From positions 124,001 to 188,000 of the forward strand of contig MU005987.1 of assembly GCA_010093745.1 (NCBI GenBank): a stretch of DNA of 64,000 nucleotides. The letters are read 5' to 3'. Under the pieces are notes generated by a model. That model was not told the origin of the DNA. It worked only from the letters and a program-made list of their open reading frames with translations, and made no database searches. Of the stretch, positions 12,801 to 23,418 are shown one piece after another. Numbering within the stretch: the stretch's first letter is position 1; every line of letters starts with the position of its first letter. The position numbers and the translations under genes were made by a program. Origin of the DNA: Piedraia hortae CBS 480.64 (lineage: Eukaryota).

Positions 12801-15266
12801 AGTAGCATTTCGAGTTCCCACTTAAACACATCCATAGACCATTGATCGTATAGAGCGTGATGGATCCTCACAAGGAGAAGCAAGCAGTCCGAGGAATCAA
12901 CAATTTGGAAGGCACAGAGATTCAGAGTTTCATCTTCTTGGCGTATTGAGAACTCGCAATCCAAAGCTTTGGTAACTTTGATTTGTCCTGGGCTCAGTGA
13001 TTTCCACACCAAGACATGCGGCGTGAAGAGGTCATCTCCAGCCTGAATAATGCCTGACCGGAGCAATTCATGCCGCAGGGAAAGACGCTGAACAGCATCA
13101 TGAAGTTGATGTACCGTGCATTGGCGGTCAACCTCGAGTAAAACCCAATTGCAATACATGCTTGAGTCTTTCAAGGTCTCAGCAAACATTGATGTCTGGA
13201 CAGGCGTGCACGGATAGGCCGACTCAATGCTCTTGCGCTGCGTTGCAGACAGGAATGATGGCAAATTCATTTCAGGTGGAGCTGGACAGAAGGCTGGTGG
13301 ATGTTCATGCTGGCTTTTTTGCAGACATTTTGCAAGGCGTGCTACAGTATTGGCCTCTAGCAGCTCAGTGGCATTGAGTAAAGGATAGCCAACTCTTCGC
13401 AGCTGCGCAGCTAGACGTATTGCTGACAAAGAGTCTAACGAAAGAACCGGACCTTGACCTGAGTTTTTTATCACTCCAGCCATCAAACTGTCAATCTTCT
13501 GCGCTAAACTTGCAGTCAATGGATCGGTGTTCCTCTTAACGTGACGCCTCTGCTGTAAATCGGCGTAGAGGAGCTCAAGGGCCTTACGATCCACTTTTGC
13601 AGATGGCAGATAAGGCACTTCCGGGATAAAGACGATGTCAGTGGGCACCATAAAAGCAGGTAGCCACCTTCTGCAGGAAGTGATGATGTGATTCGCAGTG
13701 ACGAATTCATCATCCCTGACACAAAACGTAACGAGAGTGCCTCCAACAACGTGGGCAACAGCGTTTTGGCATCCCGATGTTTGAGCAGCAGCATATTCGA
13801 CCTCACCGAGTTCTACACGCTACCGGTCATCAGAAAGATGTCTTGCAGGCTTGCTATAAACTTACCTGACCACGCAGTTTCACCTGGGCGTCCATACGGC
13901 CTCTATATTCTATCTTCCCATCTGGGGTCATTACAGCTCGATCACCCGTACGGTAAAGCCGTCCATATTCCGGATGAAGCACAAAAGCAGATTGGGTTTG
14001 CTCAGGTCGATTCAAGTAACCAGTCGCCAATTGGTGCCCACCAACGGCCAGCTCGCCCTCGTCACCCAGTGACACGATTTCCGGAGCTTCGCCGGCCGAT
14101 GAAGGCCCTGAAGGCTTGACTATGAATGCCGATACGGTGGTTAAAGGAAAGCCTATGTTGCTCACGGGCATGTATTTGGCAGAAGCTGGTTGCAAAGTGC
14201 AGTGAATAGTCGCTTCTGTAGGACCATACATGGCGTAGAGCAGGCTTGGCTGGGACTCGTCTCCCCCGAATTCCTCCACCACGTCCTTCTTCAACGTCTC
14301 GCCGATCGTGAGTAGCAATTTGAGAGAAGGAACGCTGGCGCGGCTTCGCAACAGACTGCTCGCTACGGATGGCGTAAGTTCGGCAGCGTCTATGTTTAAT
14401 GCATTGATGGCTCCTGGGAGATCGTTCAACAGCCGTCTACGGTCGCAGCTGACCAGTGTACATCCTCTATAAAGAGGAAAGAATATCTCGAACACTGAGA
14501 CATCGAAGGTGGGATTTGCAAATTGCAAGAAGCGTGAGAATGGCGGAATGTGTTCATCGTGTGCCAACAATGCCTGGGTGGCCGCCGAGTGGGAAATAAC
14601 TACACCTTTCTGGGCAGAGGTCAGGAACACTCATTGAGCACTGGAAGAACATACCGGTTTGCCTGTCGTTCCAGATGTAAACCTACGCTACAGTCAGTAA
14701 GAAGTGCAATTGCCGAAGGTTGACACCTACATCACATAGGCCGCATCTGAGGGCTTCACGGATAGCATGGGTGCGTGGTCTGAGGCACCGAGCACGGAAA
14801 CGTTCACACTGATCACTTCTACATCTTCCAGTGGAGGAAGCTGAGACCTCACACAGAGGACAGTGAGCAAGACTCGAGCTCCAATGTCTTCCAAAATGAA
14901 ACGGAGCCTTTCCTCTGGAACATCGAGGACAATGGGGCAAAAGGCCCCCCCAGCTTTCAGTATAGCGAGCTGCGATACATAGAGCTCTAGACTTTGGGGG
15001 ATATAGCACGGAACGATGAGGGGGCCATCGACTTTGCCGTTGGCGGAGACCAAGGTGTGTAATCTCTGCGCCAACGAGTTGGAAATGGCGTGCAATTGCT
15101 CATACGTGAGTCGCTCGCATATTCCTGCGCTTGATTGATGCTCAATAGCAGCACTGCCGTCTTTGGAAGTTTGAGCAACAAGATTTTGGAGTAGCTGTGG
15201 TCCTGGTAGTCGCTGGGGATCACAATTCAAGATTGACATGTCGTCGACAGGCTTCAAACGTGTCAT
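863..15266 (-). CDS. sidC: Ferrichrome/ferricrocin-type siderophore NRPS (SidC-like), 4,724 aa; exons 15266-14731, 14682-14655, 14609-13866, 13819-11452, 11407-7885, 7838-863
   Basis: Five GT-AG introns of 44-48 nt give one 14,175-nt frame. Three A domains (YVMFTSGTTGKPKG, YTIFTSGSTGQPKG, YCLYTSGTTGTPKG; YGPTE/YGPSE; YRTGD/YRSGD), six T domains (LDSL, LGLNSL, LGLDSL, LGLSSV, LGLDSI, IGIDSI) and six C domains (HHALYD, HHAIYD, HHALYD, HHAIYD, AHAQYD, HHALYD). Order is A-T-C-A-T-C-T-C-A-T-C-T-C-T-C. An alternative start is ATG 15239. Confidence 0.93.
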
Positions 15267-15563
15267 TGAAGGATTGACAGGTGTCAAAAACAGCACTAAA
15301 AGACGAGACTACAGTGTACAAAGGTGAGCGACTGGGGCCGCCGATTATGCCGACTCAGGGCGGCATTGAACGTTGAGCTGTAACCGAGCCGGTAACGACG
15401 AAGGTTACGCCTCGCGCCAGGTGGTGCAGTCCACAAGCAAACAATTCATGCATTGTATGACTTGTGCATTGTGTCGAGACATCCAGCCGAAGCCGGAGGG
15501 ACTGTGCGTCCGGTTGAGTTTCGCGGGGCGCGGATTTTCATATCAGATCGAGCCAATCTCTCG

Positions 15564-15588
15564 ATCAGATAAATGCATCTTATCTGAT
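15564..15588. promoter_or_regulatory. Inverted pair of SreA-type GATA iron-repression boxes in the sidC/ABC divergent promoter
   Basis: ATCAGATAA (15564-15572), 7-nt spacer, TTATCTGAT (15580-15588); both match ATCWGATAA exactly. Confidence 0.8.
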
Positions 15589-16038
15589 GACCTCACCCCG
15601 CGTCCAATCACGTTCGCACCTTCCTCAGACACCTTGCCAGGGTCAAGATGAAGGCACTGCGTGAGTTCCACCGGGACAAAGTCTGTCTCCGTGAATCAAT
15701 CTGTCCGAGTTCTCCCGTACTGCATGAGCACATTCTCCGCGTCCCACGAGTCGCCGAGGATCATTGTAATGGAGCCCGTTTCGGCAGTCTCAGTTACCGT
15801 GTTCTTCGTGCAGTGGAGCGTATTCACGGTAAGTGAATTTCAGTTACTCTTTTTCTTTTTTTTTCTCTGCTTGAGTTGAGTTGAATTGAGTGACTGCTGT
15901 CTCATGAATCAGCGCACGACCTTGTGGGCCTTTTGAGTGTCGAATACCACTCGCTATACTGAGTAATTCGAACCTGGTGACAGAGAGGAATTGGTCCGCT
16001 GCCAACACGCCACCGTCCCTACTGAACAAAACGATCCT

Positions 16039-19000
16039 ATGATGTCCGAACCACAATCAGATCTCACCCACCTAGGACAGGATGTATTCCAAAGCACCAA
16101 GTTGGACCAGGCACCTACTAGCAAACTTCCAACCCCAACGACAGTCGTAACTAGCAGAATATGTCGCCAGGTTTTTGGAACCAACCCTTTCAAATCATCT
16201 TTCCTTGGACTCTTTCGTGTCCTGGACAGCAGATGGGACCAGGTCATGGGAGGCTTGGGTGTCATTTGTGCAATTGCAGCAGGCATACCTCTACCTATAA
16301 TCGGTGCAATCTTTGGGAAACTCATCAGCCATTTTCCACCAACTGAGTCGCACGTCACGGCTTACATATCCCGTTTACTTGGCTTGGCGTGTGCGTATTT
16401 CGTTGCTACACTGCTATACACGACTGCCTTTGGGATTGTGGGTGAAAAGGCATCCATTTGCATGCGCAAGGAATTGCTAGATTCTTTGCTCCATTTGGAT
16501 CAAGTGTACATTGATACTCATGGCCTTGATATCAATTCACTGTTAACGGAGAAGATTGACGATATTCACGCCGGTTTCTCTGAAAAGTTTGGCATCTTCA
16601 TACAATCAATATCCTACTTTGTGGCAGCTCTCATCGTCGGCTTTACGCTCAACGCACAGCTAACGGGCATCATCCTCGTTTGTATCGGAGTAACCTTGAC
16701 TATAAGTAAGTATCGATCCATTGGAAGCGTTCACATTGTCTAACAGCATTCAAGCAATATCTACCACTTCAAGATTGACTGCAAAAAGCGGCAAGCGGGC
16801 TACAGAGCACGATGAGGCTGCCAACACACTCGTTGAGAGCGCTCTCCGAGCGGTCAGGATTGTACAGGGATTTGATATGACCCAGAGACTTTGTGCCAAG
16901 CATGAAAGTTCCATACATGAAGTTCTCAAAGCCAAAACAATAAAGACAATCTTTGCAAGCATCCAAGTCGCGATGATCTTCTTCATTGCTTACGCTATCA
17001 ATGCATTGGCCTTCTATATCGGCAGTAAGATGGCATTCAGTCACAAGCAAGGGGGCAATGCGGGGACTGTTTTTGCAGTAGTACTTATCATTCTTGATAG
17101 TTCTCTGGTGGTTGCCCAGTTTGCGCCTTTCTTGGAGATCTTTGCAAAGGCAGCCTCAGCCGCTGAGACAATTGAGGATCTCCGTGACGCCCGATCAGAC
17201 GAATTTGGGTCACGTTCTGTTTCAGAGAAGCCAGCCCACATTGACCTCAAATCACGAGCGATTAAATTCATGGGTGTTGGCTTTTCATATCCGTCCAGAC
17301 CGACTGTCAAGGTCTTGACCGGCTTGGAAATAACAATACAGCCACGTTCTTTCACTGGAATTGTTGGGACTTCTGGAAGTGGGAAGAGTACTATAATCTC
17401 TATTCTGACCGGCATCTACCCCTACTCTGGCAGCATACTCGTGGGCGATCAAGAACTTCGGGATCTTGATGCATCCGATCTCCGCAGACAAATGGCTGTG
17501 GTTGAACAAGAGGCTGTTCTGCTTCCCGGTACCATCTACGAAAACATATGCCTTGGCCTGAGTGATATAAATGTATCCAAAGAAGAAGTAGAGTTAAGAT
17601 GTCTCGCTGCTGCCGAACAAGCGAACGTTGACTTCTTGAATACACTGCCTCAGGGTATACATACAGTCATTGGCGATGGTATTCAGCTCTCGGGAGGACA
17701 ACGGCAGCGCATCTCGCTAGCACGAGCTCTAATCAGAGACCCTGCCATACTGATCCTAGACGAACCGACTTCCTCACTGGATGCACACAGTGAAGTGACG
17801 GTCATTGAAGCGGTCAAGCGAGCCTCTGCCCGGGGAATCGCTGTGATAATGGTGGCCCATCGGTTGTCGACAATCACAGAGGCTGACCAGATTGTCGTAG
17901 TCGATGAGGGAAGCGTTATCGAAAGCGGCAGTCCACGGGAGTTGGCTAATGCCGATGGGGTTTTCAAGAGCATGCTCAGTATCTCAATGACCGACGTAGA
18001 GGATAGTCCCTCGAACCCGAAGTCAACGGAGACACTCACCGAGGCTCTAGACGAAGAGGATATCGCTGCGAGTCTTGTACAGAGTGAGTACAACGCATCA
18101 CTCAAGCATAGTCGCAGAAGGTCCAAATGGACAAGAGCGTGTGCCGACCTCCTAGTTGGTCCAAACATCTGGCGCATCATCATAGGATCTCTTGGTGCTA
18201 TAGCCTGCGGTGGTCTCTTACTAGGGGAAGCAATCATCTTTGGGAATCTAGTTGACCTTTTGAACAACGGCCTGCAGGAGCCTGACTTTCGACAACGGGC
18301 CAATTTCTTCTGCTACATGTTCTTAGTTCTGGCATTCGTGGCGCTTTTTGCTTGGATGACTAGCGGCATTGCGTTTGGCATGTCAGCTAACCAGTCCATC
18401 GCCAAGATACGGTTGATGCTCTTTGAGCATCTGCTTAACATGGACCTTGGCTGGCACTGCAGTAAGGGAAGGTCGACTGGACAGCTCATGAGTGTCTTTA
18501 CCAAAGAGAGCGGTGATCTCAGTTGCCTGTCTGGGCCGGCTCTGGCCACAATCGTCACTACGTCTGTTTCCGTTTGCGGGGGTATCATTCTTGCCCTCTG
18601 TATCACGTGGAGGATCTCGGTGGTGTTGCTTGTGGCGGTGCCAGTGATGCTTTTGGCCGGCTTCACCAGAATCCGTGTTTTGGCCAGCGCAGACAACCAT
18701 CGTCGAGCTGCTTACAGACAAGCAACCGAGTTTGCTACAGAGGCGTGTCGAGCTCGCAAAACGGTTAAAACATTCAGCATGCAGGACCGAATATTGGCAA
18801 GGTACGATGCATGGCTTCATGAGTCCTACAAGAAAGGTCGCGTGTTTACAGCGACTGCGAATGCTCTTATGGCGCTTGCATTTACCGTCACCTACTTTGT
18901 ATATGCTCTGGCTTATTGGTGGGGATCGAAAAAGGTCCGTGGAGGGCACGCAACAGGCAAGCAATTCTTCACCATACTACCAGCACTACTCTCCTCTGCT

Positions 19001-19894
19001 CAGTCTGCCGGTCAACTATTCAGTCTAAGTCCAGAGATTGCCCGAGCAAAGGCTGCCGCCACGCGAATCTTCGAGCTCTTGAGTGAGCGGCCGAGCATCC
19101 TACATGGCATAGCAAGTAATCACACCTCTCAGGGTAACGTGGAGCAAGACATCAAACTTTCCTTGGAGAATGTCAGTTTCGCCTATCACAAGAGAGGCCG
19201 GACAATACTTTCAGATGTCAGTCTTCAAGTTCCGGCGGGAAGCACTGTTGCGCTGGTGGGACCGTCTGGAGCAGGAAAGAGTTCAGCCCTCGCACTCCTT
19301 GAGCGCTTTTACGACCCATTTGCTGGCAGCATCAAGCTGGATGGAGTAGACATATCCGATTTGGATGTCAGACAATTACGCAGTCGACTGGGACTGGTTT
19401 CCCAGGATTCAGATCTAATGCCTGGAACCATTGCGGATAACATCAAACTTGGTGCCTGTCCAGGGCAGGAAGTATCGGACAAGGAGGTTCAAGACGTATG
19501 TCAGCAATGTGGCATCCATGAATTTATCATGAGCTTGCCAGACAAGTACAATACGTTCTGTGGACTCAACAGCTCGATCAACCTGTCGGTTGGCCAGGCA
19601 AGGAGAGTGGCCCTTGCAAGAGCTCTCATACGAAAGCCCGAGATTCTACTATTGGATGAAGTGACGAGTGCCTTGGACGTGCAAAGCGAGCGACAGGTAC
19701 AGCTATCTTTGGCAGCAGCAGCAAGCAATGGACGCACAACGATTGTTGTTGCACATCGACTGGCTAGCATAAAGAACTCGGACAAGATTTTCGTCTTTGA
19801 GGGAGGGAAAGTGGTGGAATCAGGAACACATGCAGAGTTGATGGAACTTGGAGGACTATACAGTAGCATGGCAAAGGCGCAAAAGGTTCAATAG
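16039..19894 (+). CDS. Full-length ABCB/MDR-type ABC transporter (TMD-NBD-TMD-NBD); exons 16039-16705, 16755-19894
   Basis: Intron 16706-16754 (GTAAGT..CTAAC..AAG) joins the two ORFs in frame. Walker A GTSGSGKST and GPSGAGKSS, signatures LSGGQRQR and LSVGQARR, Walker B ILILDEPTS and ILLLDEVTS, H-loops VAHRL. Lies between the NRPS and sidA. Confidence 0.92.
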
Positions 19895-19999
19895 CCCTGG
19901 AAAATAGACACGTAACTATATCGTCATCATTCACCGAATAAAAATTTCCTCATACCGGTCATGATTGACAGGAGGCTCGGCATTGGCTCGGCGTAGACA

Positions 20000-20021
20000 A
20001 TCTGATAAAAGGATCAGATAA
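20000..20021 (+). promoter_or_regulatory. Tandem SreA-type GATA boxes upstream of sidA
   Basis: ATCTGATAA (20000-20008) and ATCAGATAA (20013-20021), about 235-255 nt upstream of the sidA ATG. Confidence 0.8.
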
Positions 20022-20255
20022 CTCTAATTAGACGACACTGCATTGGGGTGGACGCGCGGCACAGATGGAACCATGATCGGGGTTCCACACCGCCACCCAG
20101 TCCCCATGAGTAAAATTGCAAGGCGCGTGCGCCTGAGTTGGGCAAGGGCCATGTTGTTTAACTATCATAACATGCGTCTATCCGGGCGCGGCCTACCGGC
20201 CTATAGCGTTTTTAGTACTTCTTGTTTCCCAGTTGCTTTCTTTTGAGTCCTGACA

Positions 20256-21770
20256 ATGCACAATCACGAGGAAAGTGCTGTTACCATTGGCGAGTTGGCG
20301 GATGGGAAGGGTCAACTTCAAGACCAAGAGGTCAACGATGCATGCACCAACGGCGACGTTCATGCCCCATCCAACGGGCACGCCAACGGCCAAGCACACG
20401 TCCATGAGAATGGTAGCAAGGCTCTAACGAATGGTGGGTTCCATTCAGTCCTGTCCCGGTTCGACAACAGTCAAGTCCATGACCTCGTCTGTGTCGGGTT
20501 TGGCCCGGCTTCGCTTGCCATTGCAGTTGCTCTGCACGATGCACTGATTGAAGGGAGCCTGGTCACCAGCAAGCCCAAAGTGCGGTTTCTTGAGCGTCAG
20601 CCACAGTTTCAATGGCATGCGGGAATGCTGATTCCCGGAGCCAAGATGCAGATCTCATTCATCAAGGATATGGCTACTTTGCGCAATCCCCGTAGCCATT
20701 TTACCTTTTTGAATTACCTCCATGAGAAAGACAGACTTGTGTCATTTACAAACCTGGGTACTTTTCTCCCTCTGCGCAGGGAATATGAGGACTACATGCG
20801 CTGGTGCGCGGAGCCTTTTGGGGAAGTGGTTGACTATGACCGACAGGTGCAGTCTGTCACAGCCGGAGAGACTGATGCTGAGTCTGGAGTCATCAAGAAT
20901 TTCCGAGTTATCTCTTCTGACTCTTGGGGTAAGACATATACCCTTTACGCCAGCCATATTGTCATCGCCGCAGGCGGCAAACCAAATATCCCCAAAGGCA
21001 TCCCAACAAACCACCCACGTATCATCCATTCATCTCAGTACGTCACCAACATAGACAGCCTTTTCGCTCCGGAGAACCATCCAAAGACGATAGCCGTGGT
21101 AGGCGCAGGTCAAAGCGCAGCAGAAGTCTTCCAAGACCTCCCTCACCGCTTCCCAGACTCCAAAAGCGTCCTCATCATCCGCGGAGCATCCCTCCGTCCA
21201 AGCGACGACTCCCCCTTCGTCAACGAAATCTTCAATCCCGAGCACGTCGACGAAATTTTCTCCCAAGACGCGGACCTCCGCAACGAGGAGCTAGTTCGCG
21301 ACAGGGGAACAAACTACTCCGTCGTCCGTCTGGAACTGCTAGAGGAGATTTACAATACCCTCTACTCGTTTCGGATACAGTATCCTGATGAAAAGAACTG
21401 GCCGCAACGTATCTTTCCGCGGAGGGAGGTCGTAGGGTGTTGTGATATTGACGGTGCGGTGGAGTTGACGCTACGTGATCGTAGTGGGCGTAAGGCTGAT
21501 GAAAGATTGAAAGCGGACCTTGTCGTCGTGGCGAGCGGCTATGTTAGGGACTCACATGTTGATCTCCTCGCGGACCTGAGCCATGTAATGCCCAAGGGAG
21601 GGTGGAAGGTGAAGAGAGATTACTCTGTGGATTTTGTGCCCGACACGGTCGACGAGAAGTCAAACATCTGGCTGCAGGGCTGCAATGAACAGACTCACGG
21701 GCTTTCGGACACGTTGTTGTCGATCCTAGCGGTTAGAGCAGGAGAGGTGGTTGGAAGCATTTTCGGATGA
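20256..21770 (+). CDS. sidA: L-ornithine N5-monooxygenase
   Basis: FAD motif VCVGFGPASL, WHAGMLIPGAKMQISFIKDMATLRNPRS, NADPH motif VGAGQSAAE, PSDDSPFVNE, C-terminal HGLSDTLLS; next to a siderophore NRPS. Confidence 0.96.
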   Translation: MHNHEESAVTIGELADGKGQLQDQEVNDACTNGDVHAPSNGHANGQAHVHENGSKALTNGGFHSVLSRFDNSQVHDLVCVGFGPASLAIAVALHDALIEGSLVTSKPKVRFLERQPQFQWHAGMLIPGAKMQISFIKDMATLRNPRSHFTFLNYLHEKDRLVSFTNLGTFLPLRREYEDYMRWCAEPFGEVVDYDRQVQSVTAGETDAESGVIKNFRVISSDSWGKTYTLYASHIVIAAGGKPNIPKGIPTNHPRIIHSSQYVTNIDSLFAPENHPKTIAVVGAGQSAAEVFQDLPHRFPDSKSVLIIRGASLRPSDDSPFVNEIFNPEHVDEIFSQDADLRNEELVRDRGTNYSVVRLELLEEIYNTLYSFRIQYPDEKNWPQRIFPRREVVGCCDIDGAVELTLRDRSGRKADERLKADLVVVASGYVRDSHVDLLADLSHVMPKGGWKVKRDYSVDFVPDTVDEKSNIWLQGCNEQTHGLSDTLLSILAVRAGEVVGSIFG

Positions 21771-21870
21771 AGACATGAGTTGGATACATATAGGGAGTTG
21801 AAAAGCAGAGATTTTAAGGATGTTAAATGTATCAAGCATGCAAAGGGTATTTTCTTCCCGCTTTTATAAA

Positions 21871-23172
21871 TCACCCCCGGTCCAGCTGTGCTAAGACGCC
21901 AAGGATGGCGGCGCCGCTATTGACTTCATCGTCGCCTCGGCCTCGGACGCCTCTGCTTGCGCTACGTTCTTTCCGCTCCCTGGCCCTTTGGGCACGCGCT
22001 TCGGCTTCCTGCTGCTCCTCCTCGGCGGCCTTTTGGGCTCGTTCATAGGCAAGCCGCAGCGCCTCATCTTCGGGTCGTAGACCCTCTTCCTGCTGCGGAC
22101 GGGCTTCGTCATCTTCGTCATCGCTGACAGGAGACGATTCCGAATTACCCGGCTCGGGAGACTTCATGACACGCTCAGGCATCGGAGTGCCGTTGTCCGG
22201 ACTGGTATCGGGCGAGCGCATGTCCATGTAGCCAATGGCCTCGGCGACCTTTTGGGCTTCAGCCTCGGGGTCTCCGCTCATGTCGCTGAGAGCGGTATAG
22301 CCAGCTGATCCAGGCATGAGACTCATACGGTTGTTATGGTCTAGTAGATGTCCGCCTCCGCCTGCCGCGGCGTCTTCGGTCTTGTCTAGAATGTCGCGGT
22401 AGCCCTGCCGGTCGCGGTTGAGCAGCCGCTTCCGCTTCTTGGCATCGCGCTTCTTGCTCGGTCGCACGACGATGACCGGCACAGGTGAATACTGCAGACA
22501 ATACTTGCTGATGCTGCCACTAGTCAGCAGTCCCTGGTATCCCGTCAGACTACGCCCTCGAGTGCCGACGACGAGGATTGCCGGCTCGTATATGCGGATC
22601 ATCTGCTGTATGGTGTCGTGCACCTTGCCGATGCTGAACTCCAGCACTAGGCTGATGGCCTTGTCCTGGCTGTTCTTCTTCTCAATCGCCTCCAGGAATC
22701 GCAAGGCCTCGGCTCGGTAGCCCTCCTCGCCGTTGCCGCCCGCCCACTTTGTCGCTTCCCGGCTGTCCTTTTCCACCACGCGCAAACACACAATCTCGTC
22801 GCCGTCATCGACCAGCTCGTCAATCAGCCATTCCAGCGCCGTGTCGGAGTATTCATTGGTGTCGGTTCCGCAGAGGAAGGTGCGGCTGCGCTTGGTGTAC
22901 GAGTAGTCGCGGTGCTTGCGGTTCAACGTGAGGCTGAAGTTGCTGGCAGCGGGGTTGCGGAACGTGTCGAAGCTGACACTCGGGCGGAACGTTGGCGGCG
23001 GTGGGGGACTAACGTTTCTCCGGCTACCGCTGGTACTGGCTTTGCTGAGACTTGGTGCCTTGGCGGTGTTGCTGCCGTCGACAGCGGGCGCAAACTGAAC
23101 ACTTGGCCGACGGCCATCTTCGGCCTCAGACGCTCTTGTAGAAGACTTTTCAAGAATGCCTGAAGGAAGCAT
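21871..23172 (-). CDS. Universal stress protein (Usp) domain protein
   Basis: RTFLCGTD..YSDTALEWLIDELVDDGDEIVCLRV and ILVVGTRGRSLTGYQGLLTSGSISKYCLQYSPVPVIVVRP are typical of the fungal Usp domain. Confidence 0.88.
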   Translation of the reverse strand: MLPSGILEKSSTRASEAEDGRRPSVQFAPAVDGSNTAKAPSLSKASTSGSRRNVSPPPPPTFRPSVSFDTFRNPAASNFSLTLNRKHRDYSYTKRSRTFLCGTDTNEYSDTALEWLIDELVDDGDEIVCLRVVEKDSREATKWAGGNGEEGYRAEALRFLEAIEKKNSQDKAISLVLEFSIGKVHDTIQQMIRIYEPAILVVGTRGRSLTGYQGLLTSGSISKYCLQYSPVPVIVVRPSKKRDAKKRKRLLNRDRQGYRDILDKTEDAAAGGGGHLLDHNNRMSLMPGSAGYTALSDMSGDPEAEAQKVAEAIGYMDMRSPDTSPDNGTPMPERVMKSPEPGNSESSPVSDDEDDEARPQQEEGLRPEDEALRLAYERAQKAAEEEQQEAEARAQRARERKERSASRGVRGRGDDEVNSGAAILGVLAQLDRG

Positions 23173-23418
23173 TTTGGCAGTTTACGGACTGTTCTAGAAT
23201 CCTAAGCAAACCGCACTGCCCCGCAAATATTAGTCAGCGAGTTTGGTCAGTGACGTTGGGTGAGGATCCACAGAGCTAGCCACTTCAGGCCTAGCCCAGT
23301 CCAACCCCGCAGAGATCCTGCACTAGTGCTCGGCAAGTGCCGACGTCAGCCCTGAGCCGCGGCGTCACATGGTCCGTTCGCACGAATCAACCACGGCGGA
23401 AATGTCAACCAGCCCCCA

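Noticed and set aside
863..15296. Five separate NRPS-like ORFs, suggesting several genes or a pseudogene
   Set aside because: Every break coincides with a canonical 44-48-nt GT-AG intron, and the exons join into one intact frame.
15553..15623. CCAAT boxes as bipartite CBC-HapX sites
   Set aside because: Neither CCAAT (15553, 15604) has the RWT element 12 nt downstream, so there is no support beyond plain CCAAT.
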